A stretch of DNA of 62,122 bases from a virus (Duplodnaviria; Caudoviricetes). A program made the translations under genes and the position numbers. Below, piece by piece: positions 10,257 through 20,758 of the stretch. The notes beneath the pieces were generated by a model, which worked only from the letters and a program-made list of their open reading frames with translations, was not told the DNA's origin and ran no database searches. The DNA lies in IMG/VR virus record IMGVR_UViG_3300031269_000015, positions 1 through 62,122 of that record; one strand, 5' to 3'. Positions within the stretch are counted from its first letter, which is position 1. Every line of letters begins with the position of its first letter.

Positions 10257-10709
10257 ATGGCTACTCTAGCTCAATTCTCTAGAAACATCAGGCGGCGGGG
10301 TTCTCAGATTGAGAACTCCGCTTCTCGCATTGTTAAAGCTGTCTCTGTGCGTTCTTTGAAGAGTCTTGTTCGAAACACTCCTGCTGACAAAGGCGTCGCT
10401 CGTTCAAATTGGCGAGTGGGTATTGGTGCTCCTACTAGATCTGTTATCGATGCGTATTCTCCAGGAAAGAATCTTGGTATTGGTGAGAACGCAAATGCTT
10501 CTGCTGCCATCAACGCTGGACGAGCTCGCATAAACTCATTACGATCTTCTACAAGAGGTCTAGAAACTTCTATCTATATCAGCAATGCTGCTCCTTACAT
10601 AGAGAAGCTAAACTCCGGTTCATCTAAACAAGCCTCTGCAGGTTTTATTGAAATTGCTCTGTTGGAAGCTAAGGTCGAAATCGCTGGATTTAGGGTGTTT
10701 GAACGCTAA
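10257..10709 (+). CDS. HK97 gp10-like tail completion protein
   Basis: TP.D.G..RSNW and N.APY...LN.GSS.QA motifs. Confidence 0.8.
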   Translation: MATLAQFSRNIRRRGSQIENSASRIVKAVSVRSLKSLVRNTPADKGVARSNWRVGIGAPTRSVIDAYSPGKNLGIGENANASAAINAGRARINSLRSSTRGLETSIYISNAAPYIEKLNSGSSKQASAGFIEIALLEAKVEIAGFRVFER

Positions 10710-13700
10710 TGGTTACTGAGAATGTAGACATCAGATTTCGAGAAACTGGCGCAAGAGTAATCAAGCGCAGGATCGATGAAATAGGCGTAGCAGCCAACTC
10801 TGCTACTCGCGGCATCTTCTTGATGCAACGGGCTTTGTTCGTCTTGGGTGGAGCGGGAATCCTTCGTGGATTAACACGTCAACTTGATACACTAACTGAA
10901 TACGAGAACAGACTTCGTTTGACATCATCTAGTGCAAAAAATCTAGACTCGATACAGCGTCGTTTGTTTCAAACAGCTAGAGATAGTCGTACTGGATTTG
11001 AAGCTGTTGCTGAAATTTATAGCAGGACAGCACTCTCCGTGCGAGAGCTTGGTATCTCTCAAGCTGAAACGATAAGGTTTTCAGAAAGCCTTAGTAAAGC
11101 AACTATCATATCAGGTGCATCAGCCCGAGAAGCTCATGCAGCTCTTGTTCAGCTTGGACAAGGTATGGCCTCAAACACATTGCGGGGAGACGAACTTCGT
11201 TCTGTTCTTGAACAACTTCCATTTGTCGCTGACGTTATATCTAAGAGTCTTGGTGTAACTCGTGGTGAATTACGAATTCTTGGTGAAGAAGGTAAAATTT
11301 CAGCGCTGACTATTCTCAAAGCGTTCCGAGAAGCTGAAACAGAAATAGATCAACTTTTCGCAAACACGATGCCAACTATAAGCCAAGCACTATCAATCGC
11401 CAATACAAACTGGCTAGAGTTTCTAGATAGTATCGATGACTCAACTAATGCTTCTGGAAAACTCGCTCGGGCGATCATAGTTTTATCAAATAATATAGGT
11501 CTTATACTTGGTACAGTAGCAACATTGACTGTGGCTCTCGCTGCTGTATTCACAGGTAAAGCTATCACAGGTATCAGTAACTATATTCTCAGCTTAAGAG
11601 GGGCCGCACTTGCGTCTGGTCGTCTGCTTGAAGTAGAGAATCTCAGATCTTTATCATCAGTTCGTAACAATGCCTTAGTCGTAGCTCAGAATGCCCAGAG
11701 ACAAGTAGAACTTTCTCAGCGTCTAGCTCTCTTGGGTGTACTAAGATCTAATCTTAAACTAACAGTTCTTGATACTCAATTTACGGTGGTTAACGGGAGA
11801 GCTCGTAACATCGCAACAGGTAAATTCGTTGCTCTAGAAGTAGCTAAAACCAATCTCGCTAGAGTAACACAGAAACTTTCTATTGTAGAAAACATTGAAC
11901 TCACGACTGCTGGGAGGCTTGCCACAGCAAGGGCAGCACAAACAGGGGCCACCAACACCCTAGCGGGGGCCAACGCCCGTTTAGCGGGTGCACAAGCGGC
12001 GCAGGGGGCTATGGCGGCAAGGTTAACAGCTCTATTTCCAACTATGGCAGGGGTAATAGGTCGCCTAGCTGCTTCTGTTGGGTCTCTGGTCGCTTTCATT
12101 GGACCTATCGGGTTGATCGCTGTTGCTATCGGTGCGGTAGTAGGCTTGTTCGTTTTACTAGCGAACAAAATAAAGGTCACCGCGGATAATGTGGTCGGTC
12201 TCAGAGATTACGTAGTCTCCGCACTTCAACTTATGAAAGAGGTCATCTCTCCGGTAACGACTCTTATTGTAGAAGGTTTTGGTAGAGCAGTGGGATACGT
12301 TCTAGGTTTCTTTGCTGATCTTTCTACGGTTTTTGTAGAAGCGATGAAATCTTTAATTAAGGCAGCATACGACGCTTTTACATTCATCCCTAGATTAGTA
12401 GTTGCTGTCATTACTGGAATCATCGACGTTTTCCTACAGTTAGGTCCAGGAGCAGGATCAGCTTTAGACGCAGTCGTAGATATATTCGTGACGGGATTCG
12501 AAGCCGTAGGGAATATTGGTGTCGCAGGTATTCAAAAAATCATTGATGCTTTTAATTTATTAGCGAATACTGGCGCTGGTGATTTACTAGGGTTGAGTGA
12601 GATTGATTCTCTTGAAAACATAAATCTCGATAGATTGAGAACTAATTTTGGTGATGGAGGCGTTGGAGCGGGTGAAGCTTTCGCCGCAGGTTTCACTAAA
12701 TCTTGGGAATCTACTTCTTTTGATTCCGCTGCTGAAACAGTTTCTTCTGCTTTACAACCTCTAAATCAAGCAATCATAGATAGAGCACGAGAAAACATGG
12801 CCGCAGCAGAAGCGGAAGCTTTAATGCGACAGACAGAAATTGATACGTTAACTCCAGACAATAGTAATCCAAATAACACTGGTTCTGGTTCTGGTTCTGG
12901 TTCTGATAAGAATTTTGCTTCTATTTTAGCTAACATGAATAAAGAAATTGATCTTCTTAAATTAACTGCACAAGAGAGAACAGTTCTACAGGGTATCTTG
13001 AAAATAGAAGAAGAGCTGAAAAGAAATTTAACTGACCAAGAAAATCTTTTGGCTGTATCAACTCTTAGAAGTCTTGAAGTAGCTAAAGAGTCTGCCTCAA
13101 TATACGAAGAAATCAAAGGTCCATTAGATAGTTACACAACCAGTCTCGAAGCTTTGTATCTTGTACTAGACACAGGAAGAATATCTCAAGATGCGTTCAA
13201 TGTTTCTTTAGCTTCGTTGAATCAAACTATCTTAGAAACTGTGACGCAATCAGGAGATGGTTCGTTCGCGGACGGTTTCCTCTTGGGTATATCTCGAATG
13301 ACAGAAGGAGTTAGAACATTTGCTGCTTCTAGCGGTGAAGTGTTCTCTGACTTCTTTGGTTCTCTCACAACAGGATTCGCTGATAGTGTTGGTAAAGCTA
13401 TCGTTTTCTCAGAAAACTTAGGTCAGGCTTTGAAAAGTGTAGCCCAGAACGCTCTGGCTTCGTTGATCTCAGGGTTAGTGGAGATGGGAATCCAGTGGTT
13501 ACTGAACGCAGCTCTTGGACAGTCAATCGCTGTTGCAGCAACGGCTGCTTCCGTAGCGACTGCCGCCACAACTGCCGCCGCTTGGGCACCCGCCGCTGCT
13601 CTGGCTTCTCTAGCAACTCTAGGAACGAACGCTGCTCCTGCCGCTGCTGCAATCGCTTCAACCGTAGCTCTTAGCACTGGTCTTGCTGCTGCTGGGGGAT

Positions 13701-14122
13701 TTGCAGAAGGTGGTTTAATCACAGGACCAGGAGGTCCGAAAGAAGATAAAATACCAGCTTGGCTATCTAACAGAGAATTCGTGGTAAATGCTGATGCAAC
13801 CTCTAAAAATCTTCCATTGCTAAAAGCCATAAACTCAGGTATGGATGTATCCAGACTTCTACCTTCTTTCGCTTCTGGGTCTAGTAGCGACAAGCCGAGC
13901 ATGACTTCTGGGGGAATGAAAGTTTCTGTTCATAACTATACAGGGCAGAATGTTAAAGTTGAACAGATAAGTAAAGATGAGATAAGGATTATAGCTGGAG
14001 AAGAAGCTGAGAAAAAAATAAACGAGGTAACTCCAGAAATTGTAGCTGGTCAGCTAGTTGATTCGAACAGCACAATTTCATCAGCTTTTTCTGAGAACAC
14101 AACTGCTGAAAGAAGAAGATAA
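10709..14122 (+). CDS. Tape measure protein
   Basis: 1137 aa; AL.QL.Q....L.GDELRS.LEQ domain; C-terminal FA.GG.I.GPG...D.IPA.LS..EFVVNA. Confidence 0.95.
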   Translation: MVTENVDIRFRETGARVIKRRIDEIGVAANSATRGIFLMQRALFVLGGAGILRGLTRQLDTLTEYENRLRLTSSSAKNLDSIQRRLFQTARDSRTGFEAVAEIYSRTALSVRELGISQAETIRFSESLSKATIISGASAREAHAALVQLGQGMASNTLRGDELRSVLEQLPFVADVISKSLGVTRGELRILGEEGKISALTILKAFREAETEIDQLFANTMPTISQALSIANTNWLEFLDSIDDSTNASGKLARAIIVLSNNIGLILGTVATLTVALAAVFTGKAITGISNYILSLRGAALASGRLLEVENLRSLSSVRNNALVVAQNAQRQVELSQRLALLGVLRSNLKLTVLDTQFTVVNGRARNIATGKFVALEVAKTNLARVTQKLSIVENIELTTAGRLATARAAQTGATNTLAGANARLAGAQAAQGAMAARLTALFPTMAGVIGRLAASVGSLVAFIGPIGLIAVAIGAVVGLFVLLANKIKVTADNVVGLRDYVVSALQLMKEVISPVTTLIVEGFGRAVGYVLGFFADLSTVFVEAMKSLIKAAYDAFTFIPRLVVAVITGIIDVFLQLGPGAGSALDAVVDIFVTGFEAVGNIGVAGIQKIIDAFNLLANTGAGDLLGLSEIDSLENINLDRLRTNFGDGGVGAGEAFAAGFTKSWESTSFDSAAETVSSALQPLNQAIIDRARENMAAAEAEALMRQTEIDTLTPDNSNPNNTGSGSGSGSDKNFASILANMNKEIDLLKLTAQERTVLQGILKIEEELKRNLTDQENLLAVSTLRSLEVAKESASIYEEIKGPLDSYTTSLEALYLVLDTGRISQDAFNVSLASLNQTILETVTQSGDGSFADGFLLGISRMTEGVRTFAASSGEVFSDFFGSLTTGFADSVGKAIVFSENLGQALKSVAQNALASLISGLVEMGIQWLLNAALGQSIAVAATAASVATAATTAAAWAPAAALASLATLGTNAAPAAAAIASTVALSTGLAAAGGFAEGGLITGPGGPKEDKIPAWLSNREFVVNADATSKNLPLLKAINSGMDVSRLLPSFASGSSSDKPSMTSGGMKVSVHNYTGQNVKVEQISKDEIRIIAGEEAEKKINEVTPEIVAGQLVDSNSTISSAFSENTTAERRR

Positions 14123-14595
14123 TGGAACATTATAATCTCATCCCAGACGTAAGTGGTTATGGAGCTACTTTCGGAACAGGATTAACATCAATAGATACAG
14201 ATGGAGGTTTTCCTAGACTAAGAGCTGATCAGTTAATTGAACCAACCGAGTTTTCTGTAACTTGGGTCATGACTGTATCACAATACTTAGAGTTTTCTTA
14301 CTTTTTTCAAAGAAAGATTTCTAAAGGTAGTTCTTCATTTACTGTAAATTTGATATCAATTCAAGGTAATGTCGAGCTACATAACGCTCAATTCGTTCCG
14401 GGGTCAGTAAGGCTAACAGATGCCACTGGTCTTAGAAGAATTGTCCAAGCCTCTATCCTCGCTGTTCCTTCAGTTGAATATTCTTCTGTGTTTATTATCT
14501 CAGACAGTATAGGAGAGTTAGCTGATGTAGACCAATGGTTGCTTTCTTTAGAAGAGTTGGTTAATGTTAACACTCAAGGGGGACTAGGTGTCTGA
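14122..14595 (+). CDS. Distal tail protein
   Basis: First gene after tape measure; GG.PR.R motif. Confidence 0.65.
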   Translation: MEHYNLIPDVSGYGATFGTGLTSIDTDGGFPRLRADQLIEPTEFSVTWVMTVSQYLEFSYFFQRKISKGSSSFTVNLISIQGNVELHNAQFVPGSVRLTDATGLRRIVQASILAVPSVEYSSVFIISDSIGELADVDQWLLSLEELVNVNTQGGLGV

Positions 14596-15088
14596 TTACT
14601 CTGAATTCTTTTTATCTTCAGCGAGTTCTGTGGTGCAGCTAGAGACTTTTGAGCTAAGTCATTCTTCTTTCACAGAAACTTATCGTTTCGTAAGAAATGC
14701 GATCGGTGGAGTAACTGTGATTGATGAAAACAGTGTCTCTAAAGTGTTCGAATATTACCCAGCAAAAATAACTCCTCTTGGGAGTTCTGGAACTTTAGAT
14801 CAATCAATAAACATTTCTCTTGGAGACTTAGGTGAGATAATTCCACTGGAGTTAGACGCAGTAAATGCTTCTGATACTTGGGAAGAAAAGCCAAAAGTAA
14901 TCTACAGAACATACAGGTCAGATAATCTAAGCGTTCCTCTTTTTGGTCCAATAGAGTTAGAAGTTTCTAAGCTTAGTTTCAACAAGAAAGGTTCTAGCTT
15001 CGATGCCTCTGCACGTAGTTTTAACAATTTGTCAACCGGTATAATATTCGATTATATCAATTTTCCTGGACTGAGGGGTTATCTGTGA
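14588..15088 (+). CDS. Minor tail protein (DUF1833-like)
   Basis: LET.ELSH, YR.Y.S and C-terminal FPGL motifs. Confidence 0.75.
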   Translation: MSDYSEFFLSSASSVVQLETFELSHSSFTETYRFVRNAIGGVTVIDENSVSKVFEYYPAKITPLGSSGTLDQSINISLGDLGEIIPLELDAVNASDTWEEKPKVIYRTYRSDNLSVPLFGPIELEVSKLSFNKKGSSFDASARSFNNLSTGIIFDYINFPGLRGYL

Positions 15089-15453
15089 GTTTAGATTTTT
15101 TGTATTGGCAGGAATATCAAAAAGGAAGTCACACTTGTTGGGATTTCGTAGTGTTAGCTTGGAAAGAGCTAACTGGTATTGATTTGTCTCTACAAGCTGA
15201 CTTTCCGGAAGGTCTCTCTAATCAGATGAGATTTTGGAAAAATCAGAGAAAAAGATTAATTCTTCTGAAAAAACCAAAAGATCCATGTATAGTTTTTCTT
15301 TTTAACGCTAAGAGAAATCCTCATGTTGGTGTATTCCACAAAGGAAGAATCCTTCACTTAGATGAAAACGGACCTACTGCCCAAATGAAATCAACAGTCT
15401 CAATGTTTTATAATAAAATGGAATTTTATGATGCCCCAACTACTGATCAGTGA
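15085..15453 (+). CDS. NlpC/P60-like tail tip protein
   Basis: CWDFV, HVGV, ILH catalytic-type motifs. Confidence 0.8.
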   Translation: MSLDFLYWQEYQKGSHTCWDFVVLAWKELTGIDLSLQADFPEGLSNQMRFWKNQRKRLILLKKPKDPCIVFLFNAKRNPHVGVFHKGRILHLDENGPTAQMKSTVSMFYNKMEFYDAPTTDQ

Positions 15454-17986
15454 CAATCCACTGCAAGTCTCAGATTGGGAAATGGTCAACTGTAAGAGCA
15501 TCGGCGAAGAGTTGTCCAAAAGGTATGATAAAATGCCTGATGGAGCTCGTCTTTTCTTAGGTCAGGTAAGTAATCATACAGATATAACTCCAAGGAATAA
15601 AGAAGGAGTAGAAATTCTTGATTCACTCCCTGAAGACTCTAGAGTCATATTCGTGAACTTTCCCGGTAATCCTGTTTTAATCCTTATAGCTGTGGTTGTC
15701 GCTGTCGCTGTTGCAGTAATTCTTCTGGTACCATCAATACCTACGGTTAACCGTAGAAACTCTCGTCCAGGTTCTTCAACCAATAGTCTAGTTTCAAGGA
15801 CTAATGGTCCAAGACCTCTTGCTAGAATTAACGACTGTTACGGACAAGTAAGGATTATCCCAGATTTGGTTGGTCCGACCCTTACTAGGTACGAAAGTAA
15901 TAAAGAAGTTGAAATTTCCCATCTCGTGTTGGGTCGTGGGGAATATGACATAGCTGATATAAGAGATGGATCAACAGAGTTGGCAAATATATCAGGAAGT
16001 AGTCTTCAAGTCTATGGTCCAGGAACGAGCGCAAGCACTAATATATCAAACTCAGATTCTCCTGTTCTTTCTATCGGGGATAGTATAACCTATGGTGTTT
16101 TTACCGCTCATAGAATGAACGAGGTTAATGGTCAGGAGTTAGAAGCTCCTAACTTAAACACTTTCGTTGGTAACAACAGATTGATTTTTGAATGGCCAGA
16201 TGGAATCAGAGAGTCTGGAACTTCTGGTGCAACTATTGAATTTGATACTTATTTTTCCGCAGGAGATACTATCAGTTTAGACGCTAGCTCAGTAGAAACA
16301 ATTACTTCTGGGGGAAGTGTAGTTTTGAATTTGTCTGGTACTTACGAAATACTAAGTTCTGATGCAGGAGCGATAACTCTCGTGAATCCTTCTTCGGTTA
16401 ATTCTGCGTGGAGTGACATAGGAGACGCTACGACTGATGAAAGCGAAGTTTCTAGCGGAACTTTGATAGGTCTTGTTTCGGATGTATGGGAAGGTCCCTT
16501 CTTCATTGGGCAATATGTTAATCCCACGAGCATTGTCTGTAATTTCACTGCTCCTCAAGGTCTTTATAAAGATAATGGTAGCTTACAGACTTCTACATCA
16601 GTTATTTTACAGGTAGAAATAACAGAGTGTGACTCAACAGGCACTAACACTGGAACTCCTGTAGTTCATGGGGTTACAATCGTTGGAAGTAACAAACTTA
16701 AATCTCAAAGAGCAATTACTTTAGACATAGAAAGTCTTCCAGGAGATAAGTTTTACAACATAAGAGCTAGAAGAACTTCAGATTCGGATTTAGAATTTGA
16801 TGGAACTGTAGTAGATGAAATTAGATGGAGTTCTTGTTTCGGAGTTAAGGATCATCCTGCTCATGTTTACGGAGATGTGACTAGTATAATCGCTAGAACT
16901 CTAGCTACCGCTGGAGCTCAGTCACTTAAAGAGAGAAAATTGAATATGCTATGCACCAGAAAAGTTCCTTCTCGGAACTCTACTGGTGTCGCTGGTTCTT
17001 TAGATATTAGTTCTTCTCCAAGAGAAATTGTTCCTAGTATATTTGAAGATCCAGTTATTGGAAATCAAGACTTATCTAGTTTTGATTTTGAGAGTCTTGA
17101 TCAAGCGTGTACAGATGTAGAAGCTCATTTTGAAACTGGTATCCCACTAATCTATGGAGCTATATTTGATGACGTTAATGTTTCCCTCGAAGAGATGATA
17201 TCTTCAGTGTGTGAAACTTGTTTCATAAAAGCCTACCGAAGAGGTAGTCAATTGATGTTCAGGGCAGAAATTCCAGATGACATTCCAGTTCTTTTGTTTA
17301 ACCATAGAAACAAAAGACCAAACACGGAAAAAAGAACTGTTAGATTTGGAATAAACAATGACTACGATGGGGTAAAAATTGAATGGAGGGATGTTAATGG
17401 AGAACCTTTCTTTAAAGAACTTCCTTCTTCTGGATTAGCCAGACCGAAGACAGTTAATCTGCTTGGGATAAGAAGTTCTCAACATGCTGAACTCCACGCT
17501 CATAGAGCTTGGAATAAGATGCAATATCAGAATTTATCAGTTTCTTTTGATGCTCTACAAGAGGCTGCTCTGATATCGGTTAAAGATGTTGTTATTGTAG
17601 CTGACAACACAAGACCTGATGTCATAACTGGAGAAATTAAATCACAAGACAATCTAACTCTTTCTGTTATCCCAAACAGAGAAATTCCACTCGGAGTCAC
17701 GTACACTTGTCAAATTCAGTTTTATAATGGAATCGTACAATCTGTCGGGGTATCTTCTGTAGAAGCTAGTTCTATTATTCTTTCAGAACCTCTTGCTTAC
17801 CCAATAAACACAACAGACGGTTCTTATGCGAAATCGACTTTCTCTTTAGTTTCAGTACCTTTGTCGAGAACTTCAACTAGAATGATTGTAGGTAAGAAAA
17901 CAGCTAAAGATGGTTTTGTCTATGGTCTAGATCTAATAAATGACGACGATAGATATTATGAGAACGACAAAATGTTTGCTGTTTAA
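15428..17986 (+). CDS. Tail tip hub / host specificity protein (gpJ-like)
   Basis: R...RI.D.YG.V...PDL motif, 852 aa, ends N.DDRYY..D. Confidence 0.85.
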   Translation: MMPQLLISDNPLQVSDWEMVNCKSIGEELSKRYDKMPDGARLFLGQVSNHTDITPRNKEGVEILDSLPEDSRVIFVNFPGNPVLILIAVVVAVAVAVILLVPSIPTVNRRNSRPGSSTNSLVSRTNGPRPLARINDCYGQVRIIPDLVGPTLTRYESNKEVEISHLVLGRGEYDIADIRDGSTELANISGSSLQVYGPGTSASTNISNSDSPVLSIGDSITYGVFTAHRMNEVNGQELEAPNLNTFVGNNRLIFEWPDGIRESGTSGATIEFDTYFSAGDTISLDASSVETITSGGSVVLNLSGTYEILSSDAGAITLVNPSSVNSAWSDIGDATTDESEVSSGTLIGLVSDVWEGPFFIGQYVNPTSIVCNFTAPQGLYKDNGSLQTSTSVILQVEITECDSTGTNTGTPVVHGVTIVGSNKLKSQRAITLDIESLPGDKFYNIRARRTSDSDLEFDGTVVDEIRWSSCFGVKDHPAHVYGDVTSIIARTLATAGAQSLKERKLNMLCTRKVPSRNSTGVAGSLDISSSPREIVPSIFEDPVIGNQDLSSFDFESLDQACTDVEAHFETGIPLIYGAIFDDVNVSLEEMISSVCETCFIKAYRRGSQLMFRAEIPDDIPVLLFNHRNKRPNTEKRTVRFGINNDYDGVKIEWRDVNGEPFFKELPSSGLARPKTVNLLGIRSSQHAELHAHRAWNKMQYQNLSVSFDALQEAALISVKDVVIVADNTRPDVITGEIKSQDNLTLSVIPNREIPLGVTYTCQIQFYNGIVQSVGVSSVEASSIILSEPLAYPINTTDGSYAKSTFSLVSVPLSRTSTRMIVGKKTAKDGFVYGLDLINDDDRYYENDKMFAV

Positions 17987-18040
17987 TGTTGTATAGAAGC
18001 TATTCTTAGTGTAACGTAACAAAAAACAATCGGAGTTATC

Positions 18041-18874
18041 ATGTCCTCAATCACTCAAACAGACATTGACAATGGGAAAAGAGATCTTGATGACCTTGGT
18101 CAAGTTGTCAATGGTGCTGTAGATTTGAACGGTACAGGAACTTTATCTACTAGATTAGGTGTGGTTCTTAAAACTTTGCTTAAACAAGAAGTCTCGACAA
18201 GTGAGGATAGAATAGCTGCTGCTGCATCTGCTGATGAAGCGGAAGCATCCGCTGCTTCTATCAATGTTGATAAAACTGGAAACGCTTTGAGCTACATTCG
18301 CGTTAATGCTGCCGAAAACGCTTTTGAAATTCTCACTCCTGCACAGGTTTTGGCTGCGATTGGTGGGCTTGCTACGGATGGAGACGGTTCAGCACTGACC
18401 GGCGTTAGGGTGATAGGTGAAGTCGCAGCGTTTGCGTTTACTACGGTTCCGACTGGCTGGCTTGAATGTGACGGGTCAACAGTATTACGCACCACCTATT
18501 CAGCGTTATTCACAGCGATTGGGACCACGTTCGGCGCAGGTAACGGGTCAACGACTTTCAAAATCCCCGACCTTCGCGGCGAATTTGTGCGCGGCTGGGA
18601 CGACTCACGCGGTATCGATTCCAGCCGAGCCTTTGGTTCTGCTCAGGCTGATGCACTTGACGCTCACAACCACCTAACGGTTGTAGATACAGCTTCGTCT
18701 GGGGGGTTTTCTTGGGCGGGTGGCGACCACATCCGACAAAGCGGGTCATATGGAGACAGCACCTATAGATTGCAAGGATCAAACGGAACCCCGTCAGAGG
18801 GTCTTACAAGTGACACAGGCGGCAACGAGACACGTCCACGCAACATTGCAATGATGTATTGCATCAAATTCTAA
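18041..18874 (+). CDS. Tail fibre protein with tail-collar domain
   Basis: P.GWL.CDG......Y..LF..IG..FG.G.GSTTF..PDLRGEF.RGWD; ETRPRNIA...CIK end. Confidence 0.9.
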   Translation: MSSITQTDIDNGKRDLDDLGQVVNGAVDLNGTGTLSTRLGVVLKTLLKQEVSTSEDRIAAAASADEAEASAASINVDKTGNALSYIRVNAAENAFEILTPAQVLAAIGGLATDGDGSALTGVRVIGEVAAFAFTTVPTGWLECDGSTVLRTTYSALFTAIGTTFGAGNGSTTFKIPDLRGEFVRGWDDSRGIDSSRAFGSAQADALDAHNHLTVVDTASSGGFSWAGGDHIRQSGSYGDSTYRLQGSNGTPSEGLTSDTGGNETRPRNIAMMYCIKF

Positions 18875-18884
18875 GGGGAACCCT

Positions 18885-19472
18885 GTGCAGGAATTATACC
18901 ACTATAACGGAGAGACTGGTGAGTTTGTTGGCACATCTTCAGCTCGTCCTGACCCGATGGAAGAGGGCCGCTATCTCGTTCCGGCCAACGCAACAATCAT
19001 TCCCGCCGCCCCCCAGAAGGGCAAGGTTTCTGTTTTTTTGAACGGCGCTTGGTCCAATGTGGACGACAATCGTGGCGACGTTTATTGGCTACCGGATGGC
19101 ACCAAAGTTAAGGTTGATACGCTCGACCACGTAAAGCCGTCCGATGCACTTGTGGTCGAGCCACAAGCGTCCATAGAAGACGAACGCAACAACTCCACCC
19201 TAACCCGTGCTGCGTTCGCAATCGGAGCGGCAAACGCAGGTTGGATAACAGAAACCGAAGCGGAGGAATGGGGTGCAGGTGTGGCAATCCCATCTATCGC
19301 GGCAAACGCTATTGCCGCGCTTCCCGAAGCTGATCGTTTTGCAATGCGAGTGTCCGTTAGAACTCGGCAAAAGATTTGGCGGACTGATACGCTGGTTTTG
19401 ATTTTAATGGCGGCACAAGACCCGAAAGTCACAGCGGAACAGATGGATACGTTTTTCGGGATTGGCGCGTGA
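18885..19472 (+). CDS. Tail fibre assembly protein
   Basis: Y.Y..ETGEF.G....DP....YL.PA.AT...P; W..V.D.RG. Confidence 0.75.
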   Translation: MQELYHYNGETGEFVGTSSARPDPMEEGRYLVPANATIIPAAPQKGKVSVFLNGAWSNVDDNRGDVYWLPDGTKVKVDTLDHVKPSDALVVEPQASIEDERNNSTLTRAAFAIGAANAGWITETEAEEWGAGVAIPSIAANAIAALPEADRFAMRVSVRTRQKIWRTDTLVLILMAAQDPKVTAEQMDTFFGIGA

Positions 19473-19512
19473 TCGTGGGCTTTCTAGACAACTAAGATGC
19501 AGGCTACTACTG

Positions 19513-19809
19513 ATGACCGAACAAAATAATAAATCTGACATACGTTTCAGTAATCGTCGACGAATGGCGTGGATATCTTTCTGGTTCATGCTTGTCGTCG
19601 GAGGATGGATGCTGATCTATGGTACAACCCAAGACGCAGCAGCAGAACGTGTCGAGAAACTCTCTTTCCTCTTGGGTTCATTGTTTGGTATGTGTACGAC
19701 TATTATAGTCAGCTATTTCACATCTTCTACTTTGACCCAAATAAACGACACTAAGTTTGGAGCCGTAGAAGACACTGTAGAGGGCAACGATGGTAATGGT
19801 AAGGCATAA
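19513..19809 (+). CDS. Putative holin
   Basis: RRRMAW then two hydrophobic helices; start of lysis cluster. Confidence 0.6.
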   Translation: MTEQNNKSDIRFSNRRRMAWISFWFMLVVGGWMLIYGTTQDAAAERVEKLSFLLGSLFGMCTTIIVSYFTSSTLTQINDTKFGAVEDTVEGNDGNGKA

Positions 19810-19911
19810 CACCCAAACAGGCAAACAGGACCTAAATGGCGGCGCTGTGGTGGTGCTGGTTGCACTGTGGTACACTACCCCAACACTGGCGCGTCTGTAG
19901 AGGTCTAAGTT

Positions 19912-20283
19912 ATGTCATCATTTCTAATTTCGCTGTTCGGAAAACGGGCTGGGGTTGCATTAGTGAAGTTTTTGCCGTATCTTTTGGTTGTGTCAATTGT
20001 CCTTTTGACTCTGTGGTGGGTTGATGGTAACGGCTACGACCGTGGTGTCGAAGCAACAGAACACAAATATCAAACAGCGATTCAAGAGGAACGTTCTCGT
20101 CAATCTGAAGCCAATGAAGAGGCTCTGGCAGAAGCGAGGCAGCGACAACTGAAACTTGAGAGATTACTTCATGAAAGAAATACAGAAATTGAAGAGTTGT
20201 TACTCGAAGGTTCTGAAGACCCTGATGCTGATCGCCGTGCTATTAGCGACGACAGCGTGTTTAGACTCAATCGGCTCCGTTGA
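19912..20283 (+). CDS. Inner-membrane spanin (Rz-like)
   Basis: N-terminal TM helix then coiled coil; overlapped by a lipoprotein gene. Confidence 0.75.
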   Translation: MSSFLISLFGKRAGVALVKFLPYLLVVSIVLLTLWWVDGNGYDRGVEATEHKYQTAIQEERSRQSEANEEALAEARQRQLKLERLLHERNTEIEELLLEGSEDPDADRRAISDDSVFRLNRLR

Positions 20284-20485
20284 ACCACCAATTCTAGTAG
20301 ACCCACCTCTTGGGTTCACTGTTGCTTGCGAGCGACCTGTTCTGTTACCTTCTCGATCATTGACTCAAGCAGAGGTAGAATCTTTTTGGATAAGTGATAG
20401 ATCTAATCTTATCAGTTGCGGATTGCAGCTTCAAGCCCTCATCGACTTCTATGTGAAGCGAGATACAAGGATAACTAATACATGA
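20225..20485 (+). CDS. Outer-membrane spanin lipoprotein (Rz1-like)
   Basis: MLIAVLLATTAC lipobox, Pro-rich, C..P and W..DR..L..C motifs. Confidence 0.75.
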   Translation: MLIAVLLATTACLDSIGSVEPPILVDPPLGFTVACERPVLLPSRSLTQAEVESFWISDRSNLISCGLQLQALIDFYVKRDTRITNT

Positions 20486-20757
20486 ATTTTTCTTTCCCTG
20501 AGTTGATTTCCCTGTTGGGTCTACTCTTAATGGCATTGGGTCTTGTGATAACTACGGTCTACAACATCTGGCGAAAAGTCATCGCTAACTCAGAAGCCTT
20601 ATCTGATTTCAAATTGAAAGTAGCCCAAGAATACGTCGGGGCTTCTAGGCTGGTTGCAATGGAACAAAAAATGCTGCTCAGTGAGGAGCGGCTTCACTCA
20701 GCATTAGGAAATCTGGCCTCGCGCATTGACAGACTTCTTGAAAGAATGGAGAAATAA
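20482..20757 (+). CDS. Single-TM lysis-associated protein
   Basis: Hydrophobic N-terminus, coiled-coil C-terminus, adjacent to endolysin. Confidence 0.55.
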   Translation: MNFSFPELISLLGLLLMALGLVITTVYNIWRKVIANSEALSDFKLKVAQEYVGASRLVAMEQKMLLSEERLHSALGNLASRIDRLLERMEK

Positions 20758-20758
20758 T

